Shown: positions 62,201-64,000 of the stretch, in pieces | Position numbering within the stretch: the stretch's first letter is position 1 | Layout: every line of letters starts with the position of its first letter | Assembly (NCBI GenBank): GCA_030704615.1 | Contig: CM060732.1 | Coordinates: 41,850,001 to 41,914,000, forward strand | Direction of reading: 5' to 3' | Source: Takakia lepidozioides | Taxonomy: Eukaryota; Plantae; Bryophyta | Length of the DNA stretch: 64,000 nucleotides | Notes under the pieces: model-generated | Databases searched by the model: none | What the model was told of the DNA's origin: nothing | What the model saw: only the letters and a program-made list of their open reading frames with translations | Made by a program: the position numbers and the translations under genes

Positions 62201-63625
62201 GTACTCATAAGACGTTGTTTGCCGTAGCCTTGTGGCCATTGACCCTGCGCCCAGTTTGAGCGGGAACAAAAGGGACAGAACCTACCTCTGTCAGGGGCTG
62301 ACGTTGGTAGTAAGACTTACCTCCATATAAAGAATTAATCCGGGTTTTCCAGAAGGGCAAGAGAAACAAGAGGAGAGACACAAAGTGTGATCAATCATCC
62401 CGGTTAGCACTGGCACGTTGTAATCTCTCAATTGTAGGGCCCCCACTTGTGAAGTAGCCAGGAAGTTGGATGGGCGAGAGATACTCCAGTAACATTTGGA
62501 CCACATTATATCATTATGGTATAGGGTATCTAAGGAACCTTGACATGCGTTGCCCCACTGTGTTGATCTGATTTGAATGCTCTTATGTTGGAACACAATG
62601 TACAATTAATTCACTAGTATAACAAAAAAAAAGTGTAGAGACTCCAGAGCCATGCTTGCTGGTCACCGTACCTAGGCAACCTCCCAGCGACCGTGACTAG
62701 CAAATATCCCCAGGAAAAACTTCAAGGAATTAGATCATTGAAACACACCAAATCGTTGCAATCACAACGACTTGCTGTAATTTGGCTTCCACACGAACAG
62801 AGTGGAATTTGAAGACCTTGCGGGATTGTGGGCATGGAACTTCACCAGAACAAGGGCCATCCAAAGGGAGTGAGCAAAACTACCTCCTTTCATCTCTGAG
62901 GGACGAAGCTTGTCAAAATAAGCATCCAATGCCTTGAGACCTTGCAAATCCTTTGAAATTTCCTCTGAACGGCCTGTTCCAGAACCCTGGCTGCCTGCTG
63001 ACACCCTCTCGTTCTTTGACTCTGAAATAAGTACAGACACCGAAGGTGGTCCAATTGCCACACCATTCCTTACTGCTTCGGTTGTTGTGGACCCAATTAA
63101 TTCTCTCTCGTGGAGCTTGCTAAAATATGCATCCAGTGCGTTAAGTCCCCTGCGAACAGCCCATCCTTGTGTCTCCCTGATGTTTTCGTCTGTTCCATCC
63201 TTGCTTGTGGTTTGGTCATCGGCCTCCAGTGTTGATGTCGACAGATTACTTTCAGCCTGTACCTCATTCTGCTTAACCTGACTTGGAGGAAGACAGCACA
63301 CAGGACGTAATTCTCTTCCCCTAATTTGGCTTCCATACCTCGGACAAAGCTTGCTACTACCCTCTTTCCTCCAGAGCTGCTGTGAGCCCACATGCAAGCC
63401 CCTCAGATGTAAAGGGCTGTGTGTGCCATAGCTTGTGGCTCTTGCAGCTGCTCCCAATGAGGGTGTTCGTTTGCTCCTGTTCTCCAACAACAGGGCCTGT
63501 ACAAGACTGTGTCTGACATTCTCGCCCCTGTGGTAGTTGCTTCTTTTCAAGTTGTGCAAGTGTGGGGACGTTTGTGACTGCCAGCAGTGACTTTGTAAAG
63601 TCTGCACGCCTTGCAGTGTGGCCAT
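59224..63625 (-). CDS. RBL9: Rhomboid-like protein 9 type (plastid-targeted, catalytically inactive), 6 exons
   Basis: Exons 63625-62884, 62051-61811, 61554-61389, 60716-60546, 60136-59982 and 59500-59224. Two LDAYF.KL motifs, YGAKVNELIL.GQWWRLITPMFLHSG, TVGGTGP, PIDDWTNLGA..GVIFG.LTCP, and a transit-peptide-like N-terminus. Confidence 0.9.
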
Positions 63626-64000
63626 TGCTAATGCAAGGAAGACACATGCACTGTAGATAGGAAAGGGTAAATTAGTCTTTCATGGTGTCTCACTCCCTAC
63701 TCACAGTCAAAGAAGATGAGGCATACTACATTTCCCTCTACCCTGTGACTGCCTAGAAATCTTCCTGGACATTAAAGATGTACATCCACTGGTTGACATT
63801 CACTGTTGCTGATATACAGATGGATCCAGCTTTGTACTTCTGAAGCCTACACTTTAACCTGGTCCAACTACAACAGTAGTCCTGGCCTTGAAGGTTTCCC
63901 TGTCAAGCATCTATTATTGAGCTAATATTTGTGGAGGGGTCAAAATTTCCAGGTACTCGATCATTGTAATTATCCCTCTAGCAATAGTATCCACTACATG

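Overview
Eukaryotic nuclear DNA from a land plant. A non-seed plant such as a bryophyte is likely, inferred from the spliced genes, PLS-class PPR copies and TE types; the species cannot be determined. The left half (1-35 kb) is TE-rich. It holds the 3' end of a non-KCBP FERM-domain gene, two CACTA-like ends, a PPR pseudogene, MITEs, a pogo transposase relic and an intact 10-exon myo-inositol oxygenase gene. It also holds a full-length but defective Galadriel-like Ty3/gypsy chromovirus (TSD TAGGA) nested in an L1 relic, and a LINE relic with RNase H, CCHC and restriction-like endonuclease motifs (Dualen/RandI-like) split by a TIR element. The right half (35-64 kb) is gene-dense. It contains a putative orphan multi-exon gene head-to-head with mitoribosomal mS33, a truncated and diverged RPS23, an APE-LINE relic, a PLS-E PPR pseudogene, RPL32 head-to-head with U11/U12-20K (ZMAT5), a 4-exon family-1 UDP-glycosyltransferase and a catalytically inactive RBL9-type rhomboid. 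The most unusual items are the myosin-VII-like C-terminal FERM gene, the Dualen-like LINE, and a TIR element family carrying an internal tRNA-type A/B-box promoter. All exon models were assembled by eye and no database searches were run.
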